Notes: a model not told the origin generated them from the sequence alone. A DNA stretch of 64,000 nt from Spirochaetia bacterium (GCA_965203055.1 OZ241863.1:4224001-4288000); one strand, 5' to 3'. Positions 17,369 through 27,542 are shown, counted from the stretch's first letter. Numbers and translations are program-made.

Positions 17369-19153
17369 CTACGCCCTCTTCAAGTGCTGCGGCGAGAAGT
17401 CGCGGCGCGCCTTCGGCACGCTGTACTCGTAGGGGCCGCGGTACACTTCCACCGGCTGCGGAAAGTTGCCGTGGCCGAGCGGCGGCGAGCTGGTGGCCCA
17501 CTCCAGGGTAGTGCCCTGCCACGGGTTGTCGTCCACCCGTTCGCCGCGCTTCAGGCTGACGCAGAAGTTGACGATGAACACCACCTGCGCCAGCGCCAGC
17601 CCCCATGAGGAGTAGGTGATGAGCTGGTTGATCCAGAGCACCTCCTGGGCGTGGGCGTAGGTGGCGCCGCCGTCGTAGAGGCGCCGCGACACGCCGGCCA
17701 TGCCGAGCACGAACATCGGCGTGAAGGTGCCGAACATGAACACCAGCGTGGGCCAGAAGTGCCACCGCCCGAGGGTGTCGTCGAGACGCCGGCCGGTGAC
17801 CTTCGGATACCAGTGGTAGACGCCGGCGAACAGCGCCATCAGCGTCCCCGGCGCCACCACGAAGTGGAAGTGGCCGATCACGTAGTAGGTGTCGTGCAGG
17901 TGGATGTCCGCCACCGCCAGCCCCAGCGGCAGACCGGTGAGGCCGCCGATCCCGAACATGGGAATGAACGCCAGGGCGAACAGCATCGGCGTGGTGAAGC
18001 GGATCGACCCGCCCCACAGCGACATGATCATCACCGTGAGGATGATGATCGACGGCACCGAGATGATCATGGTGGTGAGCTGGAAGAAGGTGCTGATGGC
18101 GGTGCCCATGCCGGTGAGGAACATGTGATGCGCCCACACCAGGAACGACATGACGCCGAGGAACAGCACCGAGTAGACCAGCACGCGGTAGCCGTACAGC
18201 GGCTTGCGGGAGTTGTTGGCCAGGATCTCGCAGACGATGCCCATCGCCGGCAGGATCAGCACGTACACCTCGGGATGGGCCAGGAACCAGAACAGGTGCT
18301 GCCATAGCAGGGCGCTGCCGCCGCCGCTCCCGGGGTAGGCTTCGCCGCTCACCACCAGCCCCGAGGGCATGAAGAAGCTGGTGCCGGCCACGCGGTCCAG
18401 GAGCTGCATGAAGCCGGCCACCTCCAGCGGCGGGAACGCGAGCAGCAACAGCAGGCTGGTGACCAACTGCGCCCACACCAGGAACGGCATGCGCATGAAC
18501 TGCAGGCCGGGCGCGCGGAGTTGGACGATGGTGGTGATGATGTTGACCGAACCAAGCAGCGAGGAATTGATCAGCAGCACCATCCCCAGCAGCCACCAGG
18601 TCTGGCCGGCGGTCTCGATTACCGCCAGCGGCGGATAGGAGGTCCAGCCCGACTTGGCGGCGCCGCCGGGCACGAAGAAGCTGATCAGCATCACCACTCC
18701 GCCGGCGAAGTAGAGCCAGTAGCTGGCGGCGTTCAGCTTCGGAAACGCCATGTCCGGCGCCCCCACCTGCAGCGGGACCAGATAGTTGCCGAAGGCGCCC
18801 ACCGCCAGCGGCACCACCCCCAGGAACACCATGATGGTGCCGTGCATGGCGCCGAGCTGGTTGTAGAACTCCGGCAGCATGATGCCTTCCGGCATGCGGG
18901 CGGCGCCGAACCACCCGCCGATCAGCGGCAGCGCCTGCTCCGGGAACGCGAGCTGCCAGCGCATCAGCAGAATGAACCCGAAGCCGAGCAGCAGGAACAC
19001 CATGGCGGTGATGCCGTACTGGATGCCGATGACCTTGTGATCGACGGAGAAGACGTACTTGCGGATGAAACTCTCCGGCGGGCTGTGGCCGGCGCCGCTG
19101 TGGCCGGCGGCGCCGTGGCCGTGGGCCGCCGGGGGGTGTTCTACCTTGCCCAT
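17369..19153 (-). CDS. coxA: Cytochrome c oxidase subunit I (A1 type)
   Basis: DHKVIG, HGTIM, FWFLAHPEVY, WAHHM, HDTYYVIGHFH. Confidence 0.97.
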   Translation of the reverse strand: MGKVEHPPAAHGHGAAGHSGAGHSPPESFIRKYVFSVDHKVIGIQYGITAMVFLLLGFGFILLMRWQLAFPEQALPLIGGWFGAARMPEGIMLPEFYNQLGAMHGTIMVFLGVVPLAVGAFGNYLVPLQVGAPDMAFPKLNAASYWLYFAGGVVMLISFFVPGGAAKSGWTSYPPLAVIETAGQTWWLLGMVLLINSSLLGSVNIITTIVQLRAPGLQFMRMPFLVWAQLVTSLLLLLAFPPLEVAGFMQLLDRVAGTSFFMPSGLVVSGEAYPGSGGGSALLWQHLFWFLAHPEVYVLILPAMGIVCEILANNSRKPLYGYRVLVYSVLFLGVMSFLVWAHHMFLTGMGTAISTFFQLTTMIISVPSIIILTVMIMSLWGGSIRFTTPMLFALAFIPMFGIGGLTGLPLGLAVADIHLHDTYYVIGHFHFVVAPGTLMALFAGVYHWYPKVTGRRLDDTLGRWHFWPTLVFMFGTFTPMFVLGMAGVSRRLYDGGATYAHAQEVLWINQLITYSSWGLALAQVVFIVNFCVSLKRGERVDDNPWQGTTLEWATSSPPLGHGNFPQPVEVYRGPYEYSVPKARRDFSPQHLKRA

Positions 19154-19254
19154 TGCGCACCCGCCCGTTGCTCGCTGGTCACCTGTTCAGCCCCCCTCTC
19201 CCGGTCTCTCTTGGTCGATCAGCTCCCGCTCGGCTCCCATTCGGCTCGCTCCGC

Positions 19255-20163
19255 TCAGCTCGAAGGGACCTCCATCACGGTATCCACCGTGGCCTGCTCG
19301 CCCGCCGCCACCGTCACCGTGTGGGTCTGCGCCGGCAGCCGCTCATGCCAGATCTCCAACTCGTAGGTGCCGGCCGGCAGGTTGCCGATGGTGAAGGCGC
19401 CGTCAGCGCCGGTGACCGCGAAGTAGGGGTGATCGAACACCGCCGCCCAGGCGTTCATCCAGGGGTGCACGTCGCACTTGATCGCGAACGGAGTCGGCTC
19501 CGCCTTGTCGAACACCTTCTCCAGCTCGGTGCGGAATTGGGGCATCGCCTCGTTGAACTCGGCGTTGACCTTGGAGAAGGCATGCACGTTGTGCAGCGTG
19601 CCGTCAGGATTGAGGATCTTCAGGGTCTGGCCGACGCGGAGCGCGAACACGTGCGGGTTGTACTGGCAGCCGCCCTGATCGAACTCCACTGCCTCGCCGG
19701 GAGCTTCATGCTCCATGGCCGGCAGGCCGCCCTTGATCTGCACCAGCACGTTGGCGATGCGCTGCCCCTCGCCGAGCACCAGCACCTGGCGCCGCCTGGG
19801 GTTTTCCTTGCTCAGCTCCTCGCACACCGGATCGGCGGCCATGTCCAGCACCGCCATTTCCGGCGCCTCGCCGTTGAAGGTCACCGTGCCGCTGATCGAA
19901 GCGTTGTTGGCGTCGGCGGCGGCCGGCGCTGCCGGCTGCTGCGCGGCGTTCGGACTGTCGGGGGCCGGCTCGCCCGCGCTGCCATCCCCGCCGCCTCCGT
20001 CGTCACCGCCGCCGCAGGCGGCCAGCGCCAGCGCCAAGCCCAGGCCGGCGAGGAGCAGCCGGCTGCGCGGCGCGCGGCGCGGGGATGAGGGAAAGCGGCT
20101 CAGAGCGCTGCCGGGCCTGAAGCCGGCAAGCCTGAGGTCGGCAAACGCGGTCCTGTCGAACAT
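19255..20163 (-). CDS. Lipoprotein with cupredoxin-like and carboxypeptidase-regulatory-like domains
   Basis: Lipobox LAAC, DQGGCQYNPHV, LHNVH, KCDVHPWM, HPYFAVT; AGGAGG RBS. Confidence 0.85.
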   Translation of the reverse strand: MFDRTAFADLRLAGFRPGSALSRFPSSPRRAPRSRLLLAGLGLALALAACGGGDDGGGGDGSAGEPAPDSPNAAQQPAAPAAADANNASISGTVTFNGEAPEMAVLDMAADPVCEELSKENPRRRQVLVLGEGQRIANVLVQIKGGLPAMEHEAPGEAVEFDQGGCQYNPHVFALRVGQTLKILNPDGTLHNVHAFSKVNAEFNEAMPQFRTELEKVFDKAEPTPFAIKCDVHPWMNAWAAVFDHPYFAVTGADGAFTIGNLPAGTYELEIWHERLPAQTHTVTVAAGEQATVDTVMEVPSS

Positions 20164-20399
20164 GGTCGGCGGGCCTCCTGAAGGGTATCGAATCGGGTGT
20201 GACAAAAGCCGCATGGGCACTGAATCGGCCGCAGTGTAACCGGTAGACGTAGAAATCCGGCTCAGCAAGAAGCTACGTCACCCCCCCGCCCACTGTCAAC
20301 ACACCCGCGGCAACAAGACAACCATCGCCGCGGGCCGGTCGATAAGGAGGCCCTGTCCCAACGGCGACTGGCAGCAGCGGCCGCCGAGCCCGCCCGCCT

Positions 20400-21227
20400 T
20401 CAGGACGCTGGCCGGAGCACGAGGTACGGCGGGTTGGTCTCTTCCCAACGTCGGATCTCGTCGAGCAGCGTCGTACCCTCCAATCCTCCGGCAGCGCGGA
20501 GCACGCGCGCGATGCCCGATACCCCGACACTCGATGGCAAGTCACCCAGAACGTTCCTGAGCCCGATCCGGAGAACCTCCAACACGTCATGTCCTCGTAC
20601 CTGCCGCCACGGTTGCACCTTCGGCAGCCGGCCAATGCAGCGTTCCAATTCGTCCTCCAAACCAGCCGCCGCCGCACGAATCAGCCCCTCACGGTCCACC
20701 TGCCACGTGCCTTCATCCAGGAACCTCGGAATCCGTATCTTCTCCGAGCAGAGATTCAGACCGCATGCGTGCGCCCACCTGAGCTGCCCGAAAACGCTTG
20801 CTCGACGCAACAGCGCGGTCGGTACGTCGCTACCTTCTCGTGCCTCGAAGGCGTCGATCTTCGTCCATGTTCCGAACTCGGCCAACACTTTGTCGAACAC
20901 CGGAGCCTGACATAGCAGAAAGCACTCAAGATCATGGGGCGCCACGGCCACCAGATTGCTCGATCCCAGGCTCTTCCCGATCAAGCAATCGTAATCCTCA
21001 TCGACGATGCCCAGCACCCCGCCGACATCCCCATCAAGCCGTTGAACGGCCGCCATGACGTTCGGCTTACCTTCGCCGTCGACCAGCGTACAAGCGGAAT
21101 GTTTTTGCGGCCTCCAGAATCGAGCGTCGTCGGAACCCTCGACTATCAGGACCGAACAGTCGTTCGCCTGCCGTTCCATCTTGACTTCAGTTACGATGAT
21201 GCCCGGATTCTTGTGTCCTGTCGGCAC
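20400..21227 (-). CDS. DUF4435/TOPRIM-like nuclease (PARIS AriB-like partner)
   Basis: LIVEGSDD, GKPNV, GIVDEDYD, HDLECFL, RGHD; directly after ABC ATPase. Confidence 0.8.
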   Translation of the reverse strand: MPTGHKNPGIIVTEVKMERQANDCSVLIVEGSDDARFWRPQKHSACTLVDGEGKPNVMAAVQRLDGDVGGVLGIVDEDYDCLIGKSLGSSNLVAVAPHDLECFLLCQAPVFDKVLAEFGTWTKIDAFEAREGSDVPTALLRRASVFGQLRWAHACGLNLCSEKIRIPRFLDEGTWQVDREGLIRAAAAGLEDELERCIGRLPKVQPWRQVRGHDVLEVLRIGLRNVLGDLPSSVGVSGIARVLRAAGGLEGTTLLDEIRRWEETNPPYLVLRPAS

Positions 21228-22568
21228 TCAGTCCGAGCCTCCGAGCCCGATCATCAGATCCGCCCTGTCGCCGATGATGTACGGTGAATGCGTCGCAATC
21301 AACGTATCGAAGTTGGACAGTTTTACGATCTCCAGGAGATCCGGAAGAAACTTCTTTTGCCACGCTACGTGCAGCGACAGTTCCGGTTCATCGATCAAGA
21401 CGATGGTATTTGAAGGCACATTGAACAGAAGATCGTAGTACAGGACGAGTTCGTGCTGCTCGCCGGACGAGAGGCAGTCCAACTCCAGCAGTTGATTGTC
21501 GTCAGTCACCGCGACAAGACCGTGCTCCCGATCCATGCGGATCTTCTTATTTCGAAAATTATAGTTCATCTTTTCCAGAAGAAGGCGTGAGCGGTCCTTC
21601 AAGGCATCCAGCTTCGCCAGTTTTGCCGTCGTATCATGCACGTACAACGTCATCACGCGCGCCTGCGGGGAATCGATGTCCTCCAGCATTCCGACGGGAA
21701 TCGGACTCGCCTGCGTTTCTTCCAGAATACCGAGATTTTTCAGTTCATCCGTTTTCTTTTTGATATCTGATATGTGGCATACGAGTTCGTCAACAGTCAT
21801 CTCTTCTTTCGCAGTAATCAAACGATGGAGAAAGGACTGATCCAGTGTCTGCGATTGTCGCCCATAATCGGCCATGGTATCAGCAAGGCGAGTTCTGAAT
21901 TCATGACCATATTCGACTACCGTGGAAACCAACGCGCTGGCGCCAGATTGCCAATAGCGACGACGTGGTGGTCGATCTCGATGACCTTCTCCGAACTGGA
22001 ACAATCTTTGCTCCTCGATCAGATGAGTGTTCACAGCCTTGAGGAAACTCTGAAACCAGATCGGTGTTCTGGGGCTGTCCCCTTCGGCGTTTGATTGTGA
22101 GAAAAGATCTCCATATCGGGAGATGACTTCCGGTGACATAAGCAGCTCTCCGTCGCGGGTATCTATCCAAGCATCCGGAATGGTTGGATGATGCTGCAGA
22201 TGGCCGATGGATGCGGCGATACGTTCTGCTTCGGTTCTCAGACGGACCTGTGCCGAATGTTCTTCTTTGCCGTTCTCGTACACCTTCAACGTAGCCGCGT
22301 TGCCGTCTGTCGGGGACTTATGGAGTGCTATCGCGCTTCCGTCATGAAATCCAATGGCAAGGCGGGAAAATGGAATTCGCTCAAAGTACGAAAGACGGGC
22401 ATTGAGCAACGCATCGATCATTCGCAGAATGACGGTCTTCCCGCTACCGTTGGGCCCGTGCAGCAGCGTTACGCGGTCGTCCAGCTTGAGATCGATGCGA
22501 TGATCGTAGACGTTGAAGAGCCGATCGACCTCGATTCGTTCGAGCCTTCGGAATTCGGGTTTGCTCAT
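21228..22568 (-). CDS. ABC-type ATPase (AAA_15/AAA_21)
   Basis: Walker A GPNGSGKT, LSSGEQ, LIDEPELSLH, ATHSP; lower GC than neighbours. Confidence 0.92.
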   Translation of the reverse strand: MSKPEFRRLERIEVDRLFNVYDHRIDLKLDDRVTLLHGPNGSGKTVILRMIDALLNARLSYFERIPFSRLAIGFHDGSAIALHKSPTDGNAATLKVYENGKEEHSAQVRLRTEAERIAASIGHLQHHPTIPDAWIDTRDGELLMSPEVISRYGDLFSQSNAEGDSPRTPIWFQSFLKAVNTHLIEEQRLFQFGEGHRDRPPRRRYWQSGASALVSTVVEYGHEFRTRLADTMADYGRQSQTLDQSFLHRLITAKEEMTVDELVCHISDIKKKTDELKNLGILEETQASPIPVGMLEDIDSPQARVMTLYVHDTTAKLAKLDALKDRSRLLLEKMNYNFRNKKIRMDREHGLVAVTDDNQLLELDCLSSGEQHELVLYYDLLFNVPSNTIVLIDEPELSLHVAWQKKFLPDLLEIVKLSNFDTLIATHSPYIIGDRADLMIGLGGSD

Positions 22569-22583
22569 GATTTCTCACTCAGG

Positions 22584-22611
22584 ATAATAGAAGAGGGCGT
22601 GTGGTTGTCAA
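22584..22611 (-). promoter_or_regulatory. Sigma70 promoter of ATPase-DUF4435 pair
   Basis: TTGACA-N16-TATTAT. Confidence 0.65.
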
Positions 22612-22644
22612 ATGCGCGCGTTCAGACGTCGCGCCGGACGGCGC

Positions 22645-23088
22645 TCAGTGCCGGCGGAGGCGTTCCGCGCGCCGCTTTTCGAAGCCTTCCGCCATGTGGT
22701 GGCGGAACGGCAGGACGCGTTCTGGCACCGGCACGCCGCGGAACTCGGCGCGGCACAGGTAGCACACCGCCATCAGCGGCACGCGCCGGTAGATCAGCAG
22801 ATCGACCAGCGCCAGCACCATCAGGCTGACGCCGTAGGTGAACGGCACCAGGAGGGCGCCCACCACCACCAAGCCGATGCCGATAGCCCGCGGGAACGCC
22901 TTCTGGCGAAAGAAGCGGCTGCAGTCGCAGACCGGACATTGCTCCAGGCGGACCGCGGCCTCGCCGATCGGGTAGCGGCGCCCGCAGGAAGGGCATTGCA
23001 GGGCGTCCTGCCGCGGGCCGCCGGCCAAGCCGCGGCCGCCGGCCAAGGCCGCGCCGCAGGCGGCGCACTGCGCCCGTATTTCAAGCAC
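22645..23088 (-). CDS. Zinc-ribbon membrane protein
   Basis: Four CxxC pairs and two TM helices. Confidence 0.75.
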   Translation of the reverse strand: MLEIRAQCAACGAALAGGRGLAGGPRQDALQCPSCGRRYPIGEAAVRLEQCPVCDCSRFFRQKAFPRAIGIGLVVVGALLVPFTYGVSLMVLALVDLLIYRRVPLMAVCYLCRAEFRGVPVPERVLPFRHHMAEGFEKRRAERLRRH

Positions 23089-23253
23089 CGCGCTGCAAGC
23101 GCCGCGCCGCGCGCCGCCGGGGAGCGCCGCTCGGCCCCGGTTGGTCGCCGCGCCGGGCGCGGGCGGAAGCGCCGCGGCGGCCCGCGAAGTTCCGCCCGGC
23201 GCGGGCCGCGGGCGGCAGCCGCTCGCGCCGGCGGCCGCGAACGCTGGCCGGCG

Positions 23254-24075
23254 TCACAGCACGACCCCGTAGCGGAGCAGGAAGAAGCGGTAGGAGAAGT
23301 CGCCGATGATGGCCGCCACCACCACCACGTAGAGGATGCCGGTAGCGGCCTGGGTGGACTTGGCGCGCAGCGTGCGCTGCACCAGCCAGATCGCCGCCAG
23401 CGGAAACAGCGTGCCGAAGAACACCGCCGCCGCCAGCAGAAACCCGTCCAGCGTCGCGACGAAGGCGTACAACGGCAACGGCAGCCCCTGGTAGGGCACG
23501 CTCTGAGTGGCGAAGGCGGCGCCGTTCCAGACCAGACGCAGCGCCAGCAGTACGCCGTATACGGTCACCGCCCGCGCCAGGATGGCGATCGGCAGCCGGG
23601 TGACGTTCAGGTACCAGTGGCCGAGCACCATGGTGTACAGCGCCAGGCCCAGGGTCAGGCCGCCAAGCAGGGTGACCGCGACTGCCCCGGCCGGCGCCGC
23701 GCCCGCCGGCGTGCGCGCCACCGTGGCCGCCGCGGTCACCACCAATCCCAGCAGCGAAGGCAGCGTGACCAGCGCCAGGCTCGGCCGCGGCCGCTCCCAC
23801 TGGCTCCAGGTTACGGCCAGCAGGCCCGCCAGCCAGAGCGCCGCCAGCACGGCCAGCCCGGCGCCCCGCAACGGCAGCAGGCGCGCCGCCGCCGGTTCGC
23901 TGCCCGGCGCCGCGAACAACAGCGCGCACAGACCCAGGCTGAGGATGAAGCAACTCACGCCCAGGTTGAAACGGTAGAAGCCGCGGTCGATGGCGGCGTT
24001 GGCGTTGGACCAGAAGCACAGCGGATAGGCCGCCGCGAAGGCCAGAAAACCGCTCAGGGAGAGCTCAGTCAGCAT
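23254..24075 (-). CDS. Polytopic membrane protein with MVLGHWYL motif
   Basis: About 8 hydrophobic segments; TMVLGHWYLN, STQAATGILY. Confidence 0.8.
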   Translation of the reverse strand: MLTELSLSGFLAFAAAYPLCFWSNANAAIDRGFYRFNLGVSCFILSLGLCALLFAAPGSEPAAARLLPLRGAGLAVLAALWLAGLLAVTWSQWERPRPSLALVTLPSLLGLVVTAAATVARTPAGAAPAGAVAVTLLGGLTLGLALYTMVLGHWYLNVTRLPIAILARAVTVYGVLLALRLVWNGAAFATQSVPYQGLPLPLYAFVATLDGFLLAAAVFFGTLFPLAAIWLVQRTLRAKSTQAATGILYVVVVAAIIGDFSYRFFLLRYGVVL

Positions 24076-24192
24076 CGTCGATTGGCGGCCCCGGGGCCGT
24101 CCGCTCCATCCTCTCCATCGGCCCCGCCGGCGTCAACGCCGCGTCCCGCCCGCCCCGTCCCGCCGCGCGCTGCGGGCGCGATTGCCGGCCGG

Positions 24193-24792
24193 TCACTCCG
24201 GCGCGGCGCCGCCGGTCACCAGCGTGCCGGTCACGGGCGCCGCGAACCGGATCGTCTTGCTGCGGACATCCACCTCCAGGCCGTGGCCGCGCACCTCCGA
24301 GCCGTCGTCCCGCGACACCTCCACGACCTGCTCCGCGTCCGAGCTGAGCCGGCGCCGTTCATCGTCCCAGCGCAGGGCCGCGGCGTGCAGCAATACGCCC
24401 TGCGACTCGGAGCGCAAGCGGACCGCCCCGGCCACTTCGGCATCCTCGCTGGCGGTATGATACCGGGCGAAGTCGGCGCTGCCGGTGGTGACGGGTTCGC
24501 CGGCCCGGTCATACTCGGTATAGCGCACGTCGCGCAGCTCGGTGACGCCCCGGCGGGGGAAGTTCTGCACTTGGCGCGCACGGATTTCCGCCACCACCCG
24601 CCCGTTGCGCACTACCGTGTGGGTGACCTCGGAAAGCTCGGTTTCCGGCACCTCGTCGAGGAGCTCCTCGGGCGTTGCGCCGCCTGCCGCGTAGTCGAAG
24701 CTGCACGCCGCGGCAAATAATGCGGTGGCAGCGATCAGAAGGCCGGTTCGCGTGCGCCCGGATTTCGTCCGTCCGTCCGGCGGGTGCGCCAT
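24193..24792 (-). CDS. lptC: LPS export protein LptC (spirochaete-like)
   Basis: AACSFDY lipoprotein-like N-terminus; beta-jellyroll pattern with LRWDDERRRL, DGSEVRGHG. Confidence 0.7.
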   Translation of the reverse strand: MAHPPDGRTKSGRTRTGLLIAATALFAAACSFDYAAGGATPEELLDEVPETELSEVTHTVVRNGRVVAEIRARQVQNFPRRGVTELRDVRYTEYDRAGEPVTTGSADFARYHTASEDAEVAGAVRLRSESQGVLLHAAALRWDDERRRLSSDAEQVVEVSRDDGSEVRGHGLEVDVRSKTIRFAAPVTGTLVTGGAAPE

Positions 24793-24795
24793 GGG

Positions 24796-27348
24796 CTACC
24801 GCTTCAGCCGCGTGTCCTCGGGATCGAACAGGGACGTGGCGGCGGCCGCGGTCACCGGGAAGGGCTCGTTCATGTACAGCACCTGCAGCCGCGTGCCGGG
24901 CGCCGCGTGCTCGGGCGGCAGGTAGGCGAACAGCAGGTACTTGCCCACCGACGGCCCCATGCCGGCGGAGGTGACGCGCGCCTCGCGGCCGTGCGCGTCG
25001 ACGATGCGCGCGCCGTCCGCGGTCAGGAGCGGCTCGTTGCCGCCGGTGGGGAAGCGTTCGATCCCGGCCGCGGCGGTGTGGTCGTCCATGGTCAGCGCGC
25101 GCAGCCGCGCGGCCGGCTTCGCGGCGCGCGCCCGCAGGTAGGCCTGCTTGCCGATGAACGCATCCCGCTTCACGCGCGGGCGGGCCAGGCCGGCCTCCAC
25201 CGGCGAGTATTCGGCGGTCAGGTCGGAGCCCATCAGCAGGTAGCCCTTCTCCATGCGCGCGGTGGTGCCGTAGACGCCGATCCCGACCGGGCGCGCGTCG
25301 AACGGGCGCCCCGCCTGCCGGATGGCGTCCCACAGGCGCACGCCGTACTCGGTCGCGGTGGTGATCTCGAAGCCGCTCTCGCCCACGTAGGAGATGCGCA
25401 GCATGGTCACCGGGACCCCGTCGATGAGCGCCGCGCGCACCGTCCCGTAGGGGAACTCCGCCTGCGAGAGGCCGGTGTCGGCGATGCCGGCGAGCAGCGC
25501 GCAGGCGTCCGGCCCCCATACCCCGATGGTGCACAGCGCCGAGGAGCGGTCCTCGAACTGCACCGAGCCGTCGCCCGGCAGATGGCGCCGGAACCACACC
25601 GCGTCGCGCGCGCCGTCGAAGGCGCCGGTCACCACGCGGAAGCGGTCATCGGCCAGCCGCTGGATGGTGAGGTCGGCGCGGATGCCGCCCTCCGGCGTCA
25701 GCAGCGGCGTGTAGATCGAGCTGCCGGGCGGGCGGTCGCACTTGTTGACCGCCAGCCGTTCCAGGTAGGGCACCACGCCCGGACCGGACAGGTCGAAGAT
25801 CTGAAACGCGCTCAGGTCGACGATGCCGGCCTTCTCGCGCAGGTGCAGGTGCTCGCCGTCGATGATCGGCGACCACCAGCGCCGGTCCCACTCGTGCGGG
25901 CGGTCGGGGATGGCGTAGCGCTCCACCAGGTCGGCGTTCGACGCGTACCACTGCGGCCGCTCCCAGCCGCGCGCGTCGTAGTACTCGGCGCCCAGGGCGG
26001 TGGTGCGGTCGTGGAACGGGGCGCGCTTCATGCCGCGCGCCGATGCCCACTGCTCGCGCGGGTGGACGATGCCGTAGGTCTTGTTGAAGTGCTCGTTGCA
26101 GCGGTCGCGGACGTGGCGCTCGGTACGCTCGTGGGGATAGAAGCGGGTGATGTCCGAGCCGTGCGGATCGCACAGGCGCGGGTAGCCGTAGGTGATCCAC
26201 TCCGCGATCAGCCGCGCGGTGCCGGGGCCTTCCTTGATCCACACCGCGGCCGCCGACCACAGCCGCTCCACCTCGGCCGTCTCGCCCAGCACCTGCTGCG
26301 CGTCCGGGGTGAGCGACAGCAGGCCGTTGACCGCGTACCCGATCTCGGAGCCGGCCAGCAGCCCGCCCATGATCTCGCGCGCGTGACCGAGCTGAGGCGC
26401 GAAGTCGCCGCCGGTGAACGGCAGCTCGGTGGGGGACCGCTCCGCCTCGGCGAGCGAGGGGATGTCGTCCGGGCGCACCAGGATCGGGCGGTGCGCGTAG
26501 GAGCCGACCTCCATCGCCGCGTGGCTCTGCCGCTCGTACATGAAGACGTCCATGTCGCGCACGATCGGGTAGCCGATTTCGCTGCCGGTCTCGCGCAGCA
26601 GGTCGATCGGCCCCAGGTCGGCCATCTGGTGCACCGCCGCGGTGAGCGGAATGCTGGCGCCGGCCATGGCCGCCACGCGCGGGCTCCACACCCCGCAGGC
26701 GATCACCACCTGCTCCGCGGCGATGGTGCCGCGGTCGGTCGCCACGGCGCGGATGCGGGGCCGGCGAAACGGCCCGCGCTCCACCTCCAGCCCGGTGACC
26801 TCGGTGTCGTCGAGCACCGTGAGCACGCCCTTGGCCAGCGCCCGTTCGCGCATGATGGTGCCGGCGCGCACCGAGTCGACCACCGAAACGGCCGGCATGT
26901 AGAAGCCGCCCGCGATCACGGCGGCGTTCACGAACGGGATGCGGGCGGCCACCTCCTGCGGGGTGAGCAGGTACGCCTCGATGCCCCAGGAGCGGGCCGA
27001 GGTCATGCGCCGCCGCAGCTCCTCCATGCGCGCCTCGGTGCGCGCCACCTCCACCCCGCCGCAGGTGGTGTTGACCCCCAGCTCCTCATACTGGCGCTGG
27101 CTCTCCAGCGTCAGCATCGCGATTTCGCGGTTGTGATCGGTGGGGAAGATGAAGTTGGAGGCGTGGCCGGTGGAGCCGCCGGGGTTGGGCAGCGGCCCCT
27201 TGTCGATCAGCACCAGCTCGTCCCAGCCCAGCTCCGCCAAGTGCGCCACCAGGCAGTTGCCGACGATGCCGGCGCCGATCACCGCAATCCTGGCCCGCGC
27301 CGGCGCCGCCCCCGAACCGGATTTCGTGTGCCGTTCCATGGCTGCCAT
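24796..27348 (-). CDS. FAD-dependent oxidoreductase with GcvT domain (dimethylglycine/sarcosine dehydrogenase or oxidase family)
   Basis: IGAGIVG, GGSTGHA, GWERP, RISYVGESGFE, RMEKGY. Confidence 0.92.
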   Translation of the reverse strand: MAAMERHTKSGSGAAPARARIAVIGAGIVGNCLVAHLAELGWDELVLIDKGPLPNPGGSTGHASNFIFPTDHNREIAMLTLESQRQYEELGVNTTCGGVEVARTEARMEELRRRMTSARSWGIEAYLLTPQEVAARIPFVNAAVIAGGFYMPAVSVVDSVRAGTIMRERALAKGVLTVLDDTEVTGLEVERGPFRRPRIRAVATDRGTIAAEQVVIACGVWSPRVAAMAGASIPLTAAVHQMADLGPIDLLRETGSEIGYPIVRDMDVFMYERQSHAAMEVGSYAHRPILVRPDDIPSLAEAERSPTELPFTGGDFAPQLGHAREIMGGLLAGSEIGYAVNGLLSLTPDAQQVLGETAEVERLWSAAAVWIKEGPGTARLIAEWITYGYPRLCDPHGSDITRFYPHERTERHVRDRCNEHFNKTYGIVHPREQWASARGMKRAPFHDRTTALGAEYYDARGWERPQWYASNADLVERYAIPDRPHEWDRRWWSPIIDGEHLHLREKAGIVDLSAFQIFDLSGPGVVPYLERLAVNKCDRPPGSSIYTPLLTPEGGIRADLTIQRLADDRFRVVTGAFDGARDAVWFRRHLPGDGSVQFEDRSSALCTIGVWGPDACALLAGIADTGLSQAEFPYGTVRAALIDGVPVTMLRISYVGESGFEITTATEYGVRLWDAIRQAGRPFDARPVGIGVYGTTARMEKGYLLMGSDLTAEYSPVEAGLARPRVKRDAFIGKQAYLRARAAKPAARLRALTMDDHTAAAGIERFPTGGNEPLLTADGARIVDAHGREARVTSAGMGPSVGKYLLFAYLPPEHAAPGTRLQVLYMNEPFPVTAAAATSLFDPEDTRLKR

Positions 27349-27371
27349 TGGCGGCCGTTCGCCGCGCCGCG

Positions 27372-27467
27372 TCAAGCCGGCGCGCGCGAGCGGTGAAGGT
27401 CGATCTCGTCGATCAGCACGATCGCCTCGCGGGCGCACGGCTTGGCCTGAAGCAGCGGCGGCGCCAT
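27372..27467 (-). pseudogene. Chimeric relic: Rpn N-terminus fused to ABC-ATPase Walker B fragment
   Basis: MAPPLLQAKPCAREAIVLIDEIDLHRSRAPA*, behind a copy of the Rpn leader. Confidence 0.6.
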
Positions 27468-27542
27468 CTATGACCACTACAACGGCGCGGCATAAGCGGT
27501 GCTTGTCCGGCGCGCCGTGCTCGCGGTGGAAACGCGCCGGTA

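Noticed and set aside
16758..19160. 800-aa ORF suggesting a giant CoxC or a CoxA-CoxC fusion
   Set aside because: Only the last 200 aa resemble CoxC; CoxA has its own stop at 17369 in another frame
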